Positions 1-10,921 of a stretch of DNA of 64,000 bases are shown here, piece by piece (position 1 is the first letter of the stretch; every line of letters begins with the position of its first letter). A model generated the notes under the pieces. That model made no database searches and had not been told where the DNA came from. It saw only the letters and a list, made by a program, of their open reading frames with translations. The stretch lies in the IMG/VR virus record IMGVR_UViG_3300031521_000001. The stretch is one strand, 5' to 3'. This stretch comes from a virus. The position numbers were made by a program, and so were the translations under genes.

Positions 1-2073
1 ACTATATCAGGTCAGACCACTAAATTCAAAGTTGGTGATAATATATTATTAAAAAGTAATATATCATCAGACATATCTAATTTATCTGCTATTACTTTTG
101 GATATTCATATAAAATATCATATATAGAATTTTCAAGTGGAAATACTTACATATGGATAGATACAAATTTTCAAGGTCAAACACAAACTTCATTATTAGG
201 TACATATTTTAATTTAGATTATCATAAATTAATTGAATACGTTGGAGAAATTAATCAAATAACAAATATTCAGACTGCATCAAGAGTGGGACAAGAAGTA
301 ACGGCATACATACCAAATCAAGGAGGTGAAACACCAACTATTCTTTTTGGTACAAGAAGCAATACAAATTATTATCCTAATTTAGAGATACCAATACTTG
401 CAGATGAAATTCAAACTGAAATTATTGGCGCAGAAAGTTTAAATTCTAACATAAGGACCAATCCTCAGGATTATCCTGGATCATTTTTTGGACAATTTGA
501 CACCGCTGATAATACATATTTATGCTCTGATGGAGATAATGTAAGATACCAAGGTGATTACTATGGCGTAAATTTAACTAATAACACAGGATTAAATTCT
601 GATGATTATATTGAAAAATTAACTGATTTTAATTCTGATTCTATTGATGGAGTTTTTCTTGATGTGGATAGAACACACTATTATAAAATGAACATTGCTG
701 GATTAGAATGTAAAAATTTTGATGAATTTAGTTCACTATCAATACAAGGACAAGCACCAAAGGATTTTGAATTCAATGCAATATTATGGTATTATGAATT
801 AGTTGAAAGAGATAGCAATAACAATGTTAACTCTCATGTTAATCTATATGGGATAGAATTTTTAAATAATCCTGACAATGACGATGATAATTTTGCAACA
901 CAAATATCACCATATAACAAATTAGTGACGAATGGTACACAAGATGGATTATCTTATATGTTTAATTTGAATATAAATTATAATATAGATAATGACGTTA
1001 AACCGTTAACATACGATTCAACAACTATATATAATATGTTTGGATTTGATATGTATAATGAAATGATGAAAAGATTCTATCAAGTAAATGAAAATTTTGT
1101 TAATATTATAAATGAATTTGTTAGAATAAATTTGGATTTACAAGAAATGAAGAGTTTAATATATTCACAAACAGACATTGATGATTTAAAAAGCAAAATG
1201 TCAAATATGGAAAATTTATTAAAATTATATTCAACTAATCAATTTGTTGATTCTGATTCTACTGCAATATCTGTTGATTATTCAGGTATATATCCTAAAC
1301 TTAAAATGAATGTTATTACTGTTGAATATGATGAAATAGAAAAAATTAGCATTTCACAAGTTTATAATTATAATTTGGCTAATACAGGAACATCATATCC
1401 AATATCGACATCTTTCACTAGTAATATGTTATTAAACATAATAAATGATAACATATCAACAAATGGAGGAGATGTTATCATTATGCTAGATCAGGATTTG
1501 AAAAATAAACAAAAAATAGACATTTTAATTGAACCTAAATATGCTCAATATTCACAAAAATTATATTTTAATATGATGTTCAATTATAATGGAGCAATAT
1601 CTGAAGTAAATATTTTTTACACAGATTTACCGAAAGATGTCATAACAGGAAAATATATTAGTTTAACTCCAGAAAAATCTACATTTGATGATAATTTTTA
1701 TTTAAATGAAAATATATATGTTAATTGTACAGATGTATATACAGGAACAACATTATGTGTAGACGGAGAATATGTAGAATTAATATTAACTGAGGATATG
1801 TTCAAATCTGGTAATACTATATATGTACAGAACCTGTATTTTAAAGATACATTTGGTAATGTCATTGATTATAGTGGATCTTATACAATAATAAATAAAT
1901 TAGGTATAAATATAACAATAAACTTGTTACAATCTGTTGTTTGTGGGTATTTATTGGTTGGACAGCCAAGAATTAGTTATTATAGAGGTTTACAAGTTAC
2001 TATGCTTAGAGTAGATGGTAGCAACACATCTTCATTCGCAGATAGATACAACATAACATATAAAATAATTTAA
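1..2073 (+). CDS. Large putative virion structural protein, 5'-truncated by window edge
   Basis: Frame is open from base 1 into the 286..2073 ORF; N/D/T-rich; next to baseplate genes. Confidence 0.55.
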   Translation, partial: TISGQTTKFKVGDNILLKSNISSDISNLSAITFGYSYKISYIEFSSGNTYIWIDTNFQGQTQTSLLGTYFNLDYHKLIEYVGEINQITNIQTASRVGQEVTAYIPNQGGETPTILFGTRSNTNYYPNLEIPILADEIQTEIIGAESLNSNIRTNPQDYPGSFFGQFDTADNTYLCSDGDNVRYQGDYYGVNLTNNTGLNSDDYIEKLTDFNSDSIDGVFLDVDRTHYYKMNIAGLECKNFDEFSSLSIQGQAPKDFEFNAILWYYELVERDSNNNVNSHVNLYGIEFLNNPDNDDDNFATQISPYNKLVTNGTQDGLSYMFNLNINYNIDNDVKPLTYDSTTIYNMFGFDMYNEMMKRFYQVNENFVNIINEFVRINLDLQEMKSLIYSQTDIDDLKSKMSNMENLLKLYSTNQFVDSDSTAISVDYSGIYPKLKMNVITVEYDEIEKISISQVYNYNLANTGTSYPISTSFTSNMLLNIINDNISTNGGDVIIMLDQDLKNKQKIDILIEPKYAQYSQKLYFNMMFNYNGAISEVNIFYTDLPKDVITGKYISLTPEKSTFDDNFYLNENIYVNCTDVYTGTTLCVDGEYVELILTEDMFKSGNTIYVQNLYFKDTFGNVIDYSGSYTIINKLGINITINLLQSVVCGYLLVGQPRISYYRGLQVTMLRVDGSNTSSFADRYNITYKII

Positions 2074-2076
2074 CAT

Positions 2077-2727
2077 ATGGACATTTTAATAGAAGATTTA
2101 GTTAATAAAATAAAAAATGTATTTGATACAACTAAGGTATTATCAGTAGATACTATTTACGAGAAAATATTAAATTCAGAAGAATTGAGACTAATAATAT
2201 CAATAAACAAAATTTTATACGATGACATTAATATCATTTACACAAAATTGATTTTTACAACGGATAACACGAAATCAAAACTAACGAAAAATTACTTTAC
2301 ATATTTACATGACATTAATTGTGAATATGTTAGAATTGAATTTTCTAGCTTAGATGATTTTGAAAATAAAATAAAAAATACATTCAAAGAAAATAAATTT
2401 GGAGAAAATATTAAAATACTGTCTGATTTTATAAAATCACCAGCTACTTTAATTAATAAATGGTTTGAAAATAATGAAGTTTCAAATATATCAGTTACTA
2501 ATGTAGATGAACCAAAAATATCTATTATGCCTTGCAAATCAATATATTTTAATTTCAAATTATCATTAAGTAATAATCAAAATGTAGATTTAACTATTAC
2601 AAAAAATGGAGAAGATGAATACAACTTTAAATTCGAAATATTTAAAGAAAAATATGAAGTAAAAGAAATAAATCTCAAACGATTAGTTGAAACAATAGGA
2701 GAAAATCTAAAAAAACACATCAAATAA
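2077..2727 (+). CDS. Hypothetical protein
   Basis: 216 aa ORF tightly coupled to neighbours. Confidence 0.6.
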   Translation: MDILIEDLVNKIKNVFDTTKVLSVDTIYEKILNSEELRLIISINKILYDDINIIYTKLIFTTDNTKSKLTKNYFTYLHDINCEYVRIEFSSLDDFENKIKNTFKENKFGENIKILSDFIKSPATLINKWFENNEVSNISVTNVDEPKISIMPCKSIYFNFKLSLSNNQNVDLTITKNGEDEYNFKFEIFKEKYEVKEINLKRLVETIGENLKKHIK

Positions 2728-2745
2728 AAAATAATTTAAAAAAGA

Positions 2746-4698
2746 GTGGCAAGAATCTCAAAACTTAATAGAATTTTCAATAGCATAGAATTAAATTATG
2801 CAAATTTAACAAATCAGTTAAATAATTGGATCAGTGCAACTTATAAAAAATCAAATATTCTTTATAATTCTGCTTCTCCATATGGACAAATTTTGAATTT
2901 TGTTAAAGAAATATTCATACAAAATATATTATATGTCAAAAATGCAGTAAGACAATTAGATATAGATCAAGCTGTTACTATCAGAACGATAAGAAATATC
3001 GCAAGAATTTCAGGACACAATCCATCTAGGGCAATATCAGCTCAAGGAACATTGAAATTTAAACTTAAGCAAGGAACAGATATCAGTCAGATTGCAGGTG
3101 GTAAAATTATAATATACAATGAAACACAATTAAAAAATATATCTAATAGTCTTTATTATTCAATAAAAACAGGAACGTATAGAAATTATTATACTTTAAA
3201 AAGTGGTTGTCAATTTTTCATTAATATAGTTCAAGGTAAATATGAAACACAAACATTCACTGGTGATGGTACATTATCTCAATCATTTCAAGTTGTAGTT
3301 AGCAACAATTCAACAATTGATAATTTTGATTTTCAAATATCATTAAATGGAGTAACATTAAAAGTAAGAGATCATTTATATGATATGCTACAAGATGAAT
3401 ATGCATGTTATACTAGAACTGGATTTAACGGTGGATTAGATGTATACTTTGGTAATGGTATAAATGGTTGTATTCCTAATATTGGTTCTGTCATAGAAGT
3501 TAAATATTTAACAACAAATGGATTGGCTGGCAATATATTAAATAACAATATCAATGGATTCAATTTTATTACAGATATATATGACAGTGAAGGTAACATT
3601 ATACAAGCTGATAAATTATTTGATATTTTTATAGAAACTGATATAAATTTTGCCAGTGATGGTGAGAGTATTGAATATACCAGATCTGTAATTCCTTATG
3701 TGTCAAGAAATTTTGTTCTTGCTACACCTGATCAATTTATATACCATCTAATGAAATTGAATATGTTTTCAAAAGTTAACGCATTCAATACATTAGATAC
3801 TATTAAAATTGATCTAAATTCTTCTACTACCAATTTAGTAGAAACAAATTTAAATGAAATGTATTTGTATTTAATACCAAGAATAACAGATCATTTTTCA
3901 TCTAGTGTTAATTATTTTAATGTTCCTTTTGATTATTTTTATCTTAATCAAGATGAAAAAAATAGAATTATAAGTTATCTTAAAATTCAAGGTATTGTTA
4001 GTATATCATCAATAATAAATATCATAGATCCAATAATAAAAAAATATATAGTAAATGTTTTTATTAGAAGGTATGATGATACATCAGAAGATAATATCAG
4101 AGAACAAGTTCTTGATACATTATCAACATACTTCTCTTCATATAGTAGATATGATAGAATTGTAAAAGCGAATTTAATAACAGAATTAAAAGATATTGAT
4201 GGAATAGATTCTATAAATTTGGAATTTGTAGGTAAAGACAATGAAGATTACAATAGAAATGGAGCATTATTATCCTCTACGCAACCAAATGTATTACAAT
4301 CTACTTATGTGTCTAATTCTAACTCTGTAAATGCATACACTAATGTATATCAAAGTACAATAACATCAGCAAACAACTCAAACGCTATGAAATCTGATAG
4401 TAGTAAATCTGCAACAACTCCAAATTATTCAAGTTCAATAATTGGAAATTCAAATTTATCTGCTTCTATTGGTAATAGCACAGTTGTATCATATAATAAT
4501 ACATCACAATATGATTCATCAAAACTGATTGGATTAGATCCAGTGTTGGGTGATATCATCATAGGAAACAACGAACTAGTAGTATTAAGAGGTGGTTGGA
4601 TAAATAGAAACGGTATTTATTTTGGAGAAGATCCTACATCATCATCAGGATTTAGTACTGTTAATATTATTTGGAAAGGAGTAACATACAGAACATAA
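2746..4698 (+). CDS. Baseplate wedge subunit (T4 gp6-like)
   Basis: IARISGHNPSRAISAQG, VYFGNG...P, ESIEYTR, resembling gp6/baseplate-J family. Confidence 0.75.
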   Translation: MARISKLNRIFNSIELNYANLTNQLNNWISATYKKSNILYNSASPYGQILNFVKEIFIQNILYVKNAVRQLDIDQAVTIRTIRNIARISGHNPSRAISAQGTLKFKLKQGTDISQIAGGKIIIYNETQLKNISNSLYYSIKTGTYRNYYTLKSGCQFFINIVQGKYETQTFTGDGTLSQSFQVVVSNNSTIDNFDFQISLNGVTLKVRDHLYDMLQDEYACYTRTGFNGGLDVYFGNGINGCIPNIGSVIEVKYLTTNGLAGNILNNNINGFNFITDIYDSEGNIIQADKLFDIFIETDINFASDGESIEYTRSVIPYVSRNFVLATPDQFIYHLMKLNMFSKVNAFNTLDTIKIDLNSSTTNLVETNLNEMYLYLIPRITDHFSSSVNYFNVPFDYFYLNQDEKNRIISYLKIQGIVSISSIINIIDPIIKKYIVNVFIRRYDDTSEDNIREQVLDTLSTYFSSYSRYDRIVKANLITELKDIDGIDSINLEFVGKDNEDYNRNGALLSSTQPNVLQSTYVSNSNSVNAYTNVYQSTITSANNSNAMKSDSSKSATTPNYSSSIIGNSNLSASIGNSTVVSYNNTSQYDSSKLIGLDPVLGDIIIGNNELVVLRGGWINRNGIYFGEDPTSSSGFSTVNIIWKGVTYRT

Positions 4699-4700
4699 TT

Positions 4701-4988
4701 ATGAAATATTTGAAAAAATTTGAAAAAAAGAATCTAATATACATAGAGGGTGATCATGTGTTTGTTTCTGGCTATCCAGATATTAACAATTTTTGTCAAA
4801 TATCTAAAATCAATAGTCATAAATCAAATGGTGGTTGGGATTATATGGTTAATTTTTTTGACGATGATGGATATCATTCATTTCCTAACGGAATACACAT
4901 AGATGAAGATGATATAGATAGATATTTAACAGCAGATGAAATTTTAGAATATGAAATAAAAATATCATCTGATAAATATAATATTTAA
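4701..4988 (+). CDS. Small protein with MKYLKKFE N-terminus and KYNI C-terminus
   Basis: ATG at 4701; terminal motifs shared with a family in this window. Confidence 0.6.
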   Translation: MKYLKKFEKKNLIYIEGDHVFVSGYPDINNFCQISKINSHKSNGGWDYMVNFFDDDGYHSFPNGIHIDEDDIDRYLTADEILEYEIKISSDKYNI

Positions 4989-5266
4989 TTATTCAAAAAC
5001 TCGTTGATTATATCATCTTTGTTATCTAATACATAGTTATGTATATAATATGCGAGTTTTTTATAATTTTTATATTCATATATATCCTTAATATTATAAT
5101 CAGTTAAAAAATTATCATCACAAGATAATAAATATTCATTTTCTACATCAAACCAATACACCAGCTCATATATTTTATCAACAACTTTCATGGATAACAA
5201 TACTGCTACTCCATTGTTTATTTTTCCTATATAATCAATTACAGATATAAAATTTGACTCATCCAT
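4985..5266 (-). CDS. Hypothetical protein
   Basis: 93 aa ORF, divergent from gp25-like gene. Confidence 0.55.
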   Translation of the reverse strand: MDESNFISVIDYIGKINNGVAVLLSMKVVDKIYELVYWFDVENEYLLSCDDNFLTDYNIKDIYEYKNYKKLAYYIHNYVLDNKDDIINEFLNN

Positions 5267-5312
5267 TTACAATCTATCTTTTTTTATATATATAATAAAA
5301 ATAAGGTTTAAA

Positions 5313-5684
5313 ATGGCTCTAAATGATATAAAAGATTTTAGCATAAGATATCCTGGTCACCCAAAATACTCATCAGATAAAATCATAGAAGATGATGATG
5401 TTGAAGTTATAGTTCAAAAATTAGAAATGATACTATACACAAACAAAGGCGATGTATTGGGTGATGAAGACATGGGCGCAAATTTGGAATACTATCTTTG
5501 GCAAACTAATGTTACAACAGAAACACTAAAAAATTTAGTAGATGAGCAAATTCAGATATATATACCTGAACTATTAGCGATTGGCTACAATTTTGATTTG
5601 TATTTATATGAAGGAACATTACAGGATATTCTACGCTTAGATTTTTCAATAAAAGGATATAATATTGAATTTATTTATGAATAA
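5313..5684 (+). CDS. gp25-like baseplate/sheath initiator protein
   Basis: LEMILYTNKGDVLGDEDMGANLEYYLW matches gp25 family pattern; 123 aa. Confidence 0.7.
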   Translation: MALNDIKDFSIRYPGHPKYSSDKIIEDDDVEVIVQKLEMILYTNKGDVLGDEDMGANLEYYLWQTNVTTETLKNLVDEQIQIYIPELLAIGYNFDLYLYEGTLQDILRLDFSIKGYNIEFIYE

Positions 5685-6088
5685 TTATATTTTCACTGAT
5701 ATTGATGGAGTTTTAAATCCTAAATATAAAAAGAATTGGGATAAAAAATGTATTAATAATTATAATAGAATTTGTAGCGATTTAAATTTAATTGCTATCA
5801 TAACATCAACATGGAGAGTTAGATATACAATAGAAGAATTACAAAAAATATTCATTAAACAAGGAATAAAAGTAATTATAAATGATTACACACCAATTTT
5901 AAATACTGATAGAGGGTTAGAAATAAAAAAAATGGTTAGATGATAATGAGCATGATAAATATGTAATTATTGATGATAAAATTTCTGAAATAGTACCGTA
6001 TGTTAATAATATAATACACTGTAAAGGATGGATTGGATTAACAGAAGAACATTACGAAGAAATAAAAAAAATGATGAATTATGGCTGA
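5677..6088 (+). pseudogene. HAD-family (Swiss Army Knife RNA repair-like) protein, frameshifted in an A8 run
   Basis: IFTDIDGVLN, ITSTWR, RGLEI; +1 frame after A8 at 5925-5932 continues WLDDNEHDKYVIIDD...GLTEEH; may be a sequencing indel. Confidence 0.7.
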
Positions 6089-6596
6089 TAATAAAGTTGA
6101 AGATTTTATATTAACAACAGAAATTGTAAATGAAATAACAATAAAAGAAAATTTAGGTAAACCTTTAAAAAGGTTTGAAAAATTGTGGTTCTCTAACATG
6201 AGAGGTATTCGCAGAACAAATCTAACATTTGCTATGACTGAGTTAGAATTTGAAGAATATATAAAATGTAAAATCAATGTTCAATATTTTGCTGAACATT
6301 ATTGTCAAATTAAAAGAGAAGATGGTTCAATTGGTCCAATGAAACTACGTGACTATCAAAAAGATATTATTGACTTATATACAAAAAATTCAAGAAGTAT
6401 ATTAATGGCAAGTCGGCAGACAGGAAAATGTAATTATTTTAACAACAAAGTTTTGATGAAAAATATTGACGGTACAGAATATACTATATCTATTGGAGAG
6501 TTATATTATAATGAATTAAAGAAGGATAGGAAGTTTAATATATTTGAAAAAATAAAAATACTTTTATATAAAATAATAGATAAAATTGAAAAATAA
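6081..6596 (+). CDS. terL: Terminase large subunit N-terminal part fused to split-intein N-fragment
   Basis: YFAEHYCQI, LRDYQ, Walker A start ASRQTGK followed by intein Cys1 (CNYFNNKV) at 6429. Confidence 0.9.
   Translation: MADNKVEDFILTTEIVNEITIKENLGKPLKRFEKLWFSNMRGIRRTNLTFAMTELEFEEYIKCKINVQYFAEHYCQIKREDGSIGPMKLRDYQKDIIDLYTKNSRSILMASRQTGKCNYFNNKVLMKNIDGTEYTISIGELYYNELKKDRKFNIFEKIKILLYKIIDKIEK
6429..6596 (+). mobile_element. Split intein N-fragment (55 aa)
   Basis: Block A C-x-x-x-N-x-K-V and ISIGELY immediately after terminase GK. Confidence 0.85.
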
Positions 6597-6625
6597 AAAA
6601 TTGTGACTAAAAGTCACAATTTTTT
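6595..6625. terminator. Bidirectional intrinsic terminator after terL-N
   Basis: aaaaaattgtgact-aaa-agtcacaatttttt perfect inverted repeat. Confidence 0.8.
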
Positions 6626-6632
6626 AAAAAGT

Positions 6633-8254
6633 TTATTTTTTATAAATAAATTTCATATTTCCGGAATCATATATTCTATAAATTTTTCTTTCTAGCATAA
6701 TATCATGTTCTGTTTTATTAATGTTATTAATATTTTCTTTTATTAATTTATTTTTTTTGAAATTAAATCTATCTTTTTTTATCCCATTAATTATATAACA
6801 ATATGAAGGTGATGTATTTTTTATAAAATTAAATCCTAATTTATAACACATTTCTCCTTTACTCCAAGATTTATCATCATAACATATTATTTCATCATAA
6901 TCATATTTATCTATAAAATAATCAAAAATTTTATTATATCCTTCTATAACTATAGTATTTAATTTATCACAAAATCTCAACATTTCACAAGATTTATAAT
7001 CATTTTTATGCTGTTTATCTTTTTTTATATTACCAAATATCATTAATGACACGAGAGAATCTTCATAATAAAGTCCAATTTTAATTTTAGAATTTATATA
7101 TCCTTGTAAATGATTTTTATTTAAAAAATCATTTACAATATTATTATCTGATATTTCGATTATATTAGTTTTTGTTGATAATATTTTATTTTCAATATTA
7201 TCTAATATATTTAAAATTTTTGATTTTATAATGTCTTTTTTGTATATCCAATCATCTTCATAAATATGAATTAATTGTATTCCTTTATCTTCACACATTT
7301 TAGTTTTCATTGAATGATAATTATTTGGTTTATACAATTCATTGTGCCAATATAATCCATTAAATTCAAATGCCAATTTTAAATCTGTAATATAAATATC
7401 CAACTCAAAAGGATTTATTACAAATCTATCATTTTTAACAATATTATAATTACAATTATTAAAAATAAAATCACATACATCATTTTCTTTATCTGAATTT
7501 GAACTTCCTATTGGATTACAAATAGTACACAACGATGTATCTGTACATATTCTATTATAAAATATAGTTTTTGGAATTTCAAATTTATGTCCTTTTTCAC
7601 ACTTACATATATAATTATATTTTTCGTAATTCACATCTAATAAATTATATTTAGCATACATGTTTATTAGTCTTTCCTTTCTTTTATCAAATATTTTTTC
7701 TCTAATATAATCCACTTTAAATATACTATCTACACCATATTTTTTAAGACAAGTTTCTTTATTTTTAATCATATTATTATAATTTTTATCACCATATTTT
7801 TCTAATTTTGTTTCTTTATTTTTAATCATATTATTATAATTTTCATTACCATATTTTTCTAATTTTATTTTTTTTATATTTTTTTAGAACATTCTAATTT
7901 ATTAAAATGATCAACTCCATATTTTTTGAGACAAGTTTCTTTATTTTTTTCTATGTTATTATAATTTTTATTTCCATATTTTTTTAATTTTGTATCTTCT
8001 GTTTTTAAATGTTTACATTTAATACAATAATACATTTTAGATTTTTCAATGTTATTATTATATAATCTATATTGTATATATTTTTCATCCCCACAATTAT
8101 CACATTTCACATTAACTTTAAAGGCACTTGTTTTTTGTAAATCTTCTATTTTAATATTGAAATTATCACCAGTTTTTAATATATATCCTATACTTCTATA
8201 ATATGTAATATTTTTACTACTTACACTAATATTCACAAAATCATCAATTATCAT
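6633..8254 (-). mobile_element. Free-standing homing endonuclease (Zn-ribbon, KKYG repeats, Vsr/PD-(D/E)XK-like ELDIY..EFNGLYWH), frameshifted near 7875
   Basis: ORFs 7874..8254 and 6633..7829 join by adding one A in an A7 run; paralogous to 51145 and 61488 ORFs. Confidence 0.8.
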
Positions 8255-8375
8255 ATTCGTTTTTTAATTATATATTAATATTTGATAGGTCAAAATGTAA
8301 TATAACTATTAAAAATAAATAAAAATAAATACACTCATCATTTTTTAATATATAATTAAAAATTAATTAAAATTA

Positions 8376-8819
8376 ATGTTTAAAAAATTTATTAAAAATG
8401 TAATATATTTTATAATTCAATCTATTGAAAAATATGAATTTAGAAATTTTAATCCTAATGAGGAAGATATAATGAAGAAATTCGTTAATACTATATTCCT
8501 TGATAAAGAAATATTAGTAGAAACAGATTATGGATTTGTTCCAGTGACTGAAATGAATATAACTCAACCATTTCAAATATATAGTCTAGAATTAGAAAAC
8601 GGATTATGGCTTGAAGGCGCTGATACTCATATGATTTTTTGTAAAGATCATAATATAAAAATGTTAATAGATTTGACTACAGATGATTATGTATTAACAA
8701 AAAAAGGAGAAAGTAAAGTCAAAAAAATTTCTAAACTAAAAAACAAAGTGAGTATGTTCGACCTATCTATAGATACTCCTGAAATGAGCTACTACACAAA
8801 TGATATACTTTCTCATAAT
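8376..8819 (+). mobile_element. Split intein C-fragment (148 aa)
   Basis: Ends YYTNDILSHN at 8819; +1 residue Thr restores Walker A GK|T. Confidence 0.85.
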
Positions 8820-10556
8820 ACAGTTTCTGCAGCCATAGTTTTACTTCATTTCGTGCTATTTAATGATGATAAAGGATGTATGGTAGTGGCAAATAAAGGA
8901 AAAACAGTAAAAGAAATCATACGAAAAATAAAAGATATTTATAAGTTAGTACCATTTTTTCTTAAAAAAGGAGTAACTAACTGGAATGAAACTCAGATTG
9001 CATTTGAAAATAATTCAAGAATTCAAACAGAGAACAGAACTAAAGATCCCTCGATCGGATTTACTATAGATTTTCTTTATCTCGATGAGTTTGCTCACAT
9101 TCCAGATAATTTCATTAGAGATTATTATGGTGCTATTATTCCAGTAGTATCATCAGTTAATAATTCGCATATTGTAATAACATCTACTCCAAATGGATAT
9201 AATATGTTTTGGGAATTATTCACAAATGCTGAATTACCAGAGGATGATCCATTAAAAAATCCATATAAGGCTATGAGAGTCTTATGGAATCAAGTACCAG
9301 GAAGAGAAGACACTAAAATTAAAGTAATGGATGCTAAATTAAAAAAATTCAATATAGCAAAATCTTCTTTATTACGAGAAATAAGAGACAAATATGATAT
9401 TACGTTATACAAAAAAAGCATAGGAGAAGATATGTTTGATTGTGTCGCTTATAATGTGTTGGATGAAAAAACTCACATTGGTAACATAAGAAAGATAAGA
9501 ATAAATGGTATTCCTCTACCCGAATTGGCAGTTGTTAGTAACTGGCAAGAAGAAGAAACTAAATTATTATTATCCTCTGATAAATTTGATCAAGAATATG
9601 GATTACATTTTGTCACAGGAGATAAAATTCTTTTCAACAAAGACACAATTGATTTATTAAAAAGTAAACAATTACCTTTTGATAATATAAATATTAATCA
9701 ATTTGAAAAGTTTAAATTTCCATATGAATCTTTAAAATTTGTAAAAGATTTAAGTCTATTTAATGTTGCGAGATCAAAAGAATACTACACAGTTCTTTCT
9801 ATAGATTTATCAGAGGGACTAGCAAAAGATTTTTCTGTTATAAATATATTCAAATTAGAATTAAGAGATAAAAATGAAATAGAAAAATATGAATACGATA
9901 ACATACAAGATTTATTTAAACTTGAGCAAATAGGACTATTTAGAAACAATTTATACTCAATCAGAGAACTTGCCCATATGCTCTATCTTATTGCATTTGA
10001 GTTATTTGATCCAGAAAAAACTAAAATAGTACTAGAATATAATACATATGGTTCTGAATTATTAGCACATCTTCCTAATGTATTTGATGGTAAAAATAAT
10101 TATTCGAATTCTGTATTTTTAAGATATAAACACAACAGAGAAGATATAGCAGGTAAAATAGGAATGAAATTAAGTAAAGATAAACATCTAATTATTGACA
10201 AGGAATTTCAGCAATCAATTAGAAATAGAAAAATGATATTACACAGTGAGATAAACATAAAGGAAATAACCACTTTTAGTAAGCATGAAACAACATCTGG
10301 TATGATTACATACAAAGCTGAGAGCGGAAACGATGATGTTGTAATGACAACTATAACACTATCCACATGCTTTGATAATATTGGATATAAAAATTTGGTT
10401 GAATTATATGTAAATAATAATATTCAAGGTGATATGCTAAGATATGTTGAGAATATTACTAGTTTATCTGAAAATACATCAGGACTAATTGGAGCACACA
10501 GTAGAATTTACAGACGAAATCCTACTATTTCAGGATCAAGATATCCTGGAAGATAA
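8376..10556 (+). CDS. terL: Split-intein C-fragment fused to terminase large subunit C-terminal part
   Basis: Intein block B (GADTH), F (FDLSI), G (SHN/T); then Walker B YLDEFAH, ITSTPNG, nuclease SIDLSEG and NDDVVM. Confidence 0.9.
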   Translation: MFKKFIKNVIYFIIQSIEKYEFRNFNPNEEDIMKKFVNTIFLDKEILVETDYGFVPVTEMNITQPFQIYSLELENGLWLEGADTHMIFCKDHNIKMLIDLTTDDYVLTKKGESKVKKISKLKNKVSMFDLSIDTPEMSYYTNDILSHNTVSAAIVLLHFVLFNDDKGCMVVANKGKTVKEIIRKIKDIYKLVPFFLKKGVTNWNETQIAFENNSRIQTENRTKDPSIGFTIDFLYLDEFAHIPDNFIRDYYGAIIPVVSSVNNSHIVITSTPNGYNMFWELFTNAELPEDDPLKNPYKAMRVLWNQVPGREDTKIKVMDAKLKKFNIAKSSLLREIRDKYDITLYKKSIGEDMFDCVAYNVLDEKTHIGNIRKIRINGIPLPELAVVSNWQEEETKLLLSSDKFDQEYGLHFVTGDKILFNKDTIDLLKSKQLPFDNININQFEKFKFPYESLKFVKDLSLFNVARSKEYYTVLSIDLSEGLAKDFSVINIFKLELRDKNEIEKYEYDNIQDLFKLEQIGLFRNNLYSIRELAHMLYLIAFELFDPEKTKIVLEYNTYGSELLAHLPNVFDGKNNYSNSVFLRYKHNREDIAGKIGMKLSKDKHLIIDKEFQQSIRNRKMILHSEINIKEITTFSKHETTSGMITYKAESGNDDVVMTTITLSTCFDNIGYKNLVELYVNNNIQGDMLRYVENITSLSENTSGLIGAHSRIYRRNPTISGSRYPGR

Positions 10557-10592
10557 AAAACAAAGAGTTTATTTTATAAACTCTTTGTTTTT
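10555..10592. terminator. Bidirectional terminator
   Basis: aaacaaagagttt...aaactctttgttt inverted repeat with A/T tracts. Confidence 0.7.
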
Positions 10593-10799
10593 TCTATATC
10601 ATCTTTTGATACTACTTCTACGAAACTTTTATTTTTTATATAGAACTCAACTTCTGTACTACCATTTTGGTATACATATACAACAGTTCCTTTTGTTCCA
10701 GATGGTATAGTGATTGTAAGTTAACTAAATCTTTTTTAGTGTAACTACATCAAGTTCTTCAAAGTTCATATTTTCAAATGTTTTAAAAATTGTTACCAT
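10574..10799 (-). pseudogene. DUF4926-like small protein, disrupted
   Basis: FEELDVVTLKK then, in another frame, IPSGTKGTVVYVY...EVEF. Confidence 0.45.
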
Positions 10800-10921
10800 A
10801 GTTATTAATTATTTTTAAAGTGCAAATATACAATTGTTTTTTTATATAAAAATAATTTTTTATTTTTAACAAACAATATTCCAAAAACATCATATATTAG
10901 ATAAATTAAAATCAATCAAAA

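Noticed and set aside
6597-8375. Group I intron interrupting terL
   Set aside because: Gap is filled by an antisense gene and a terminator; intein halves explain the split; no intron core seen
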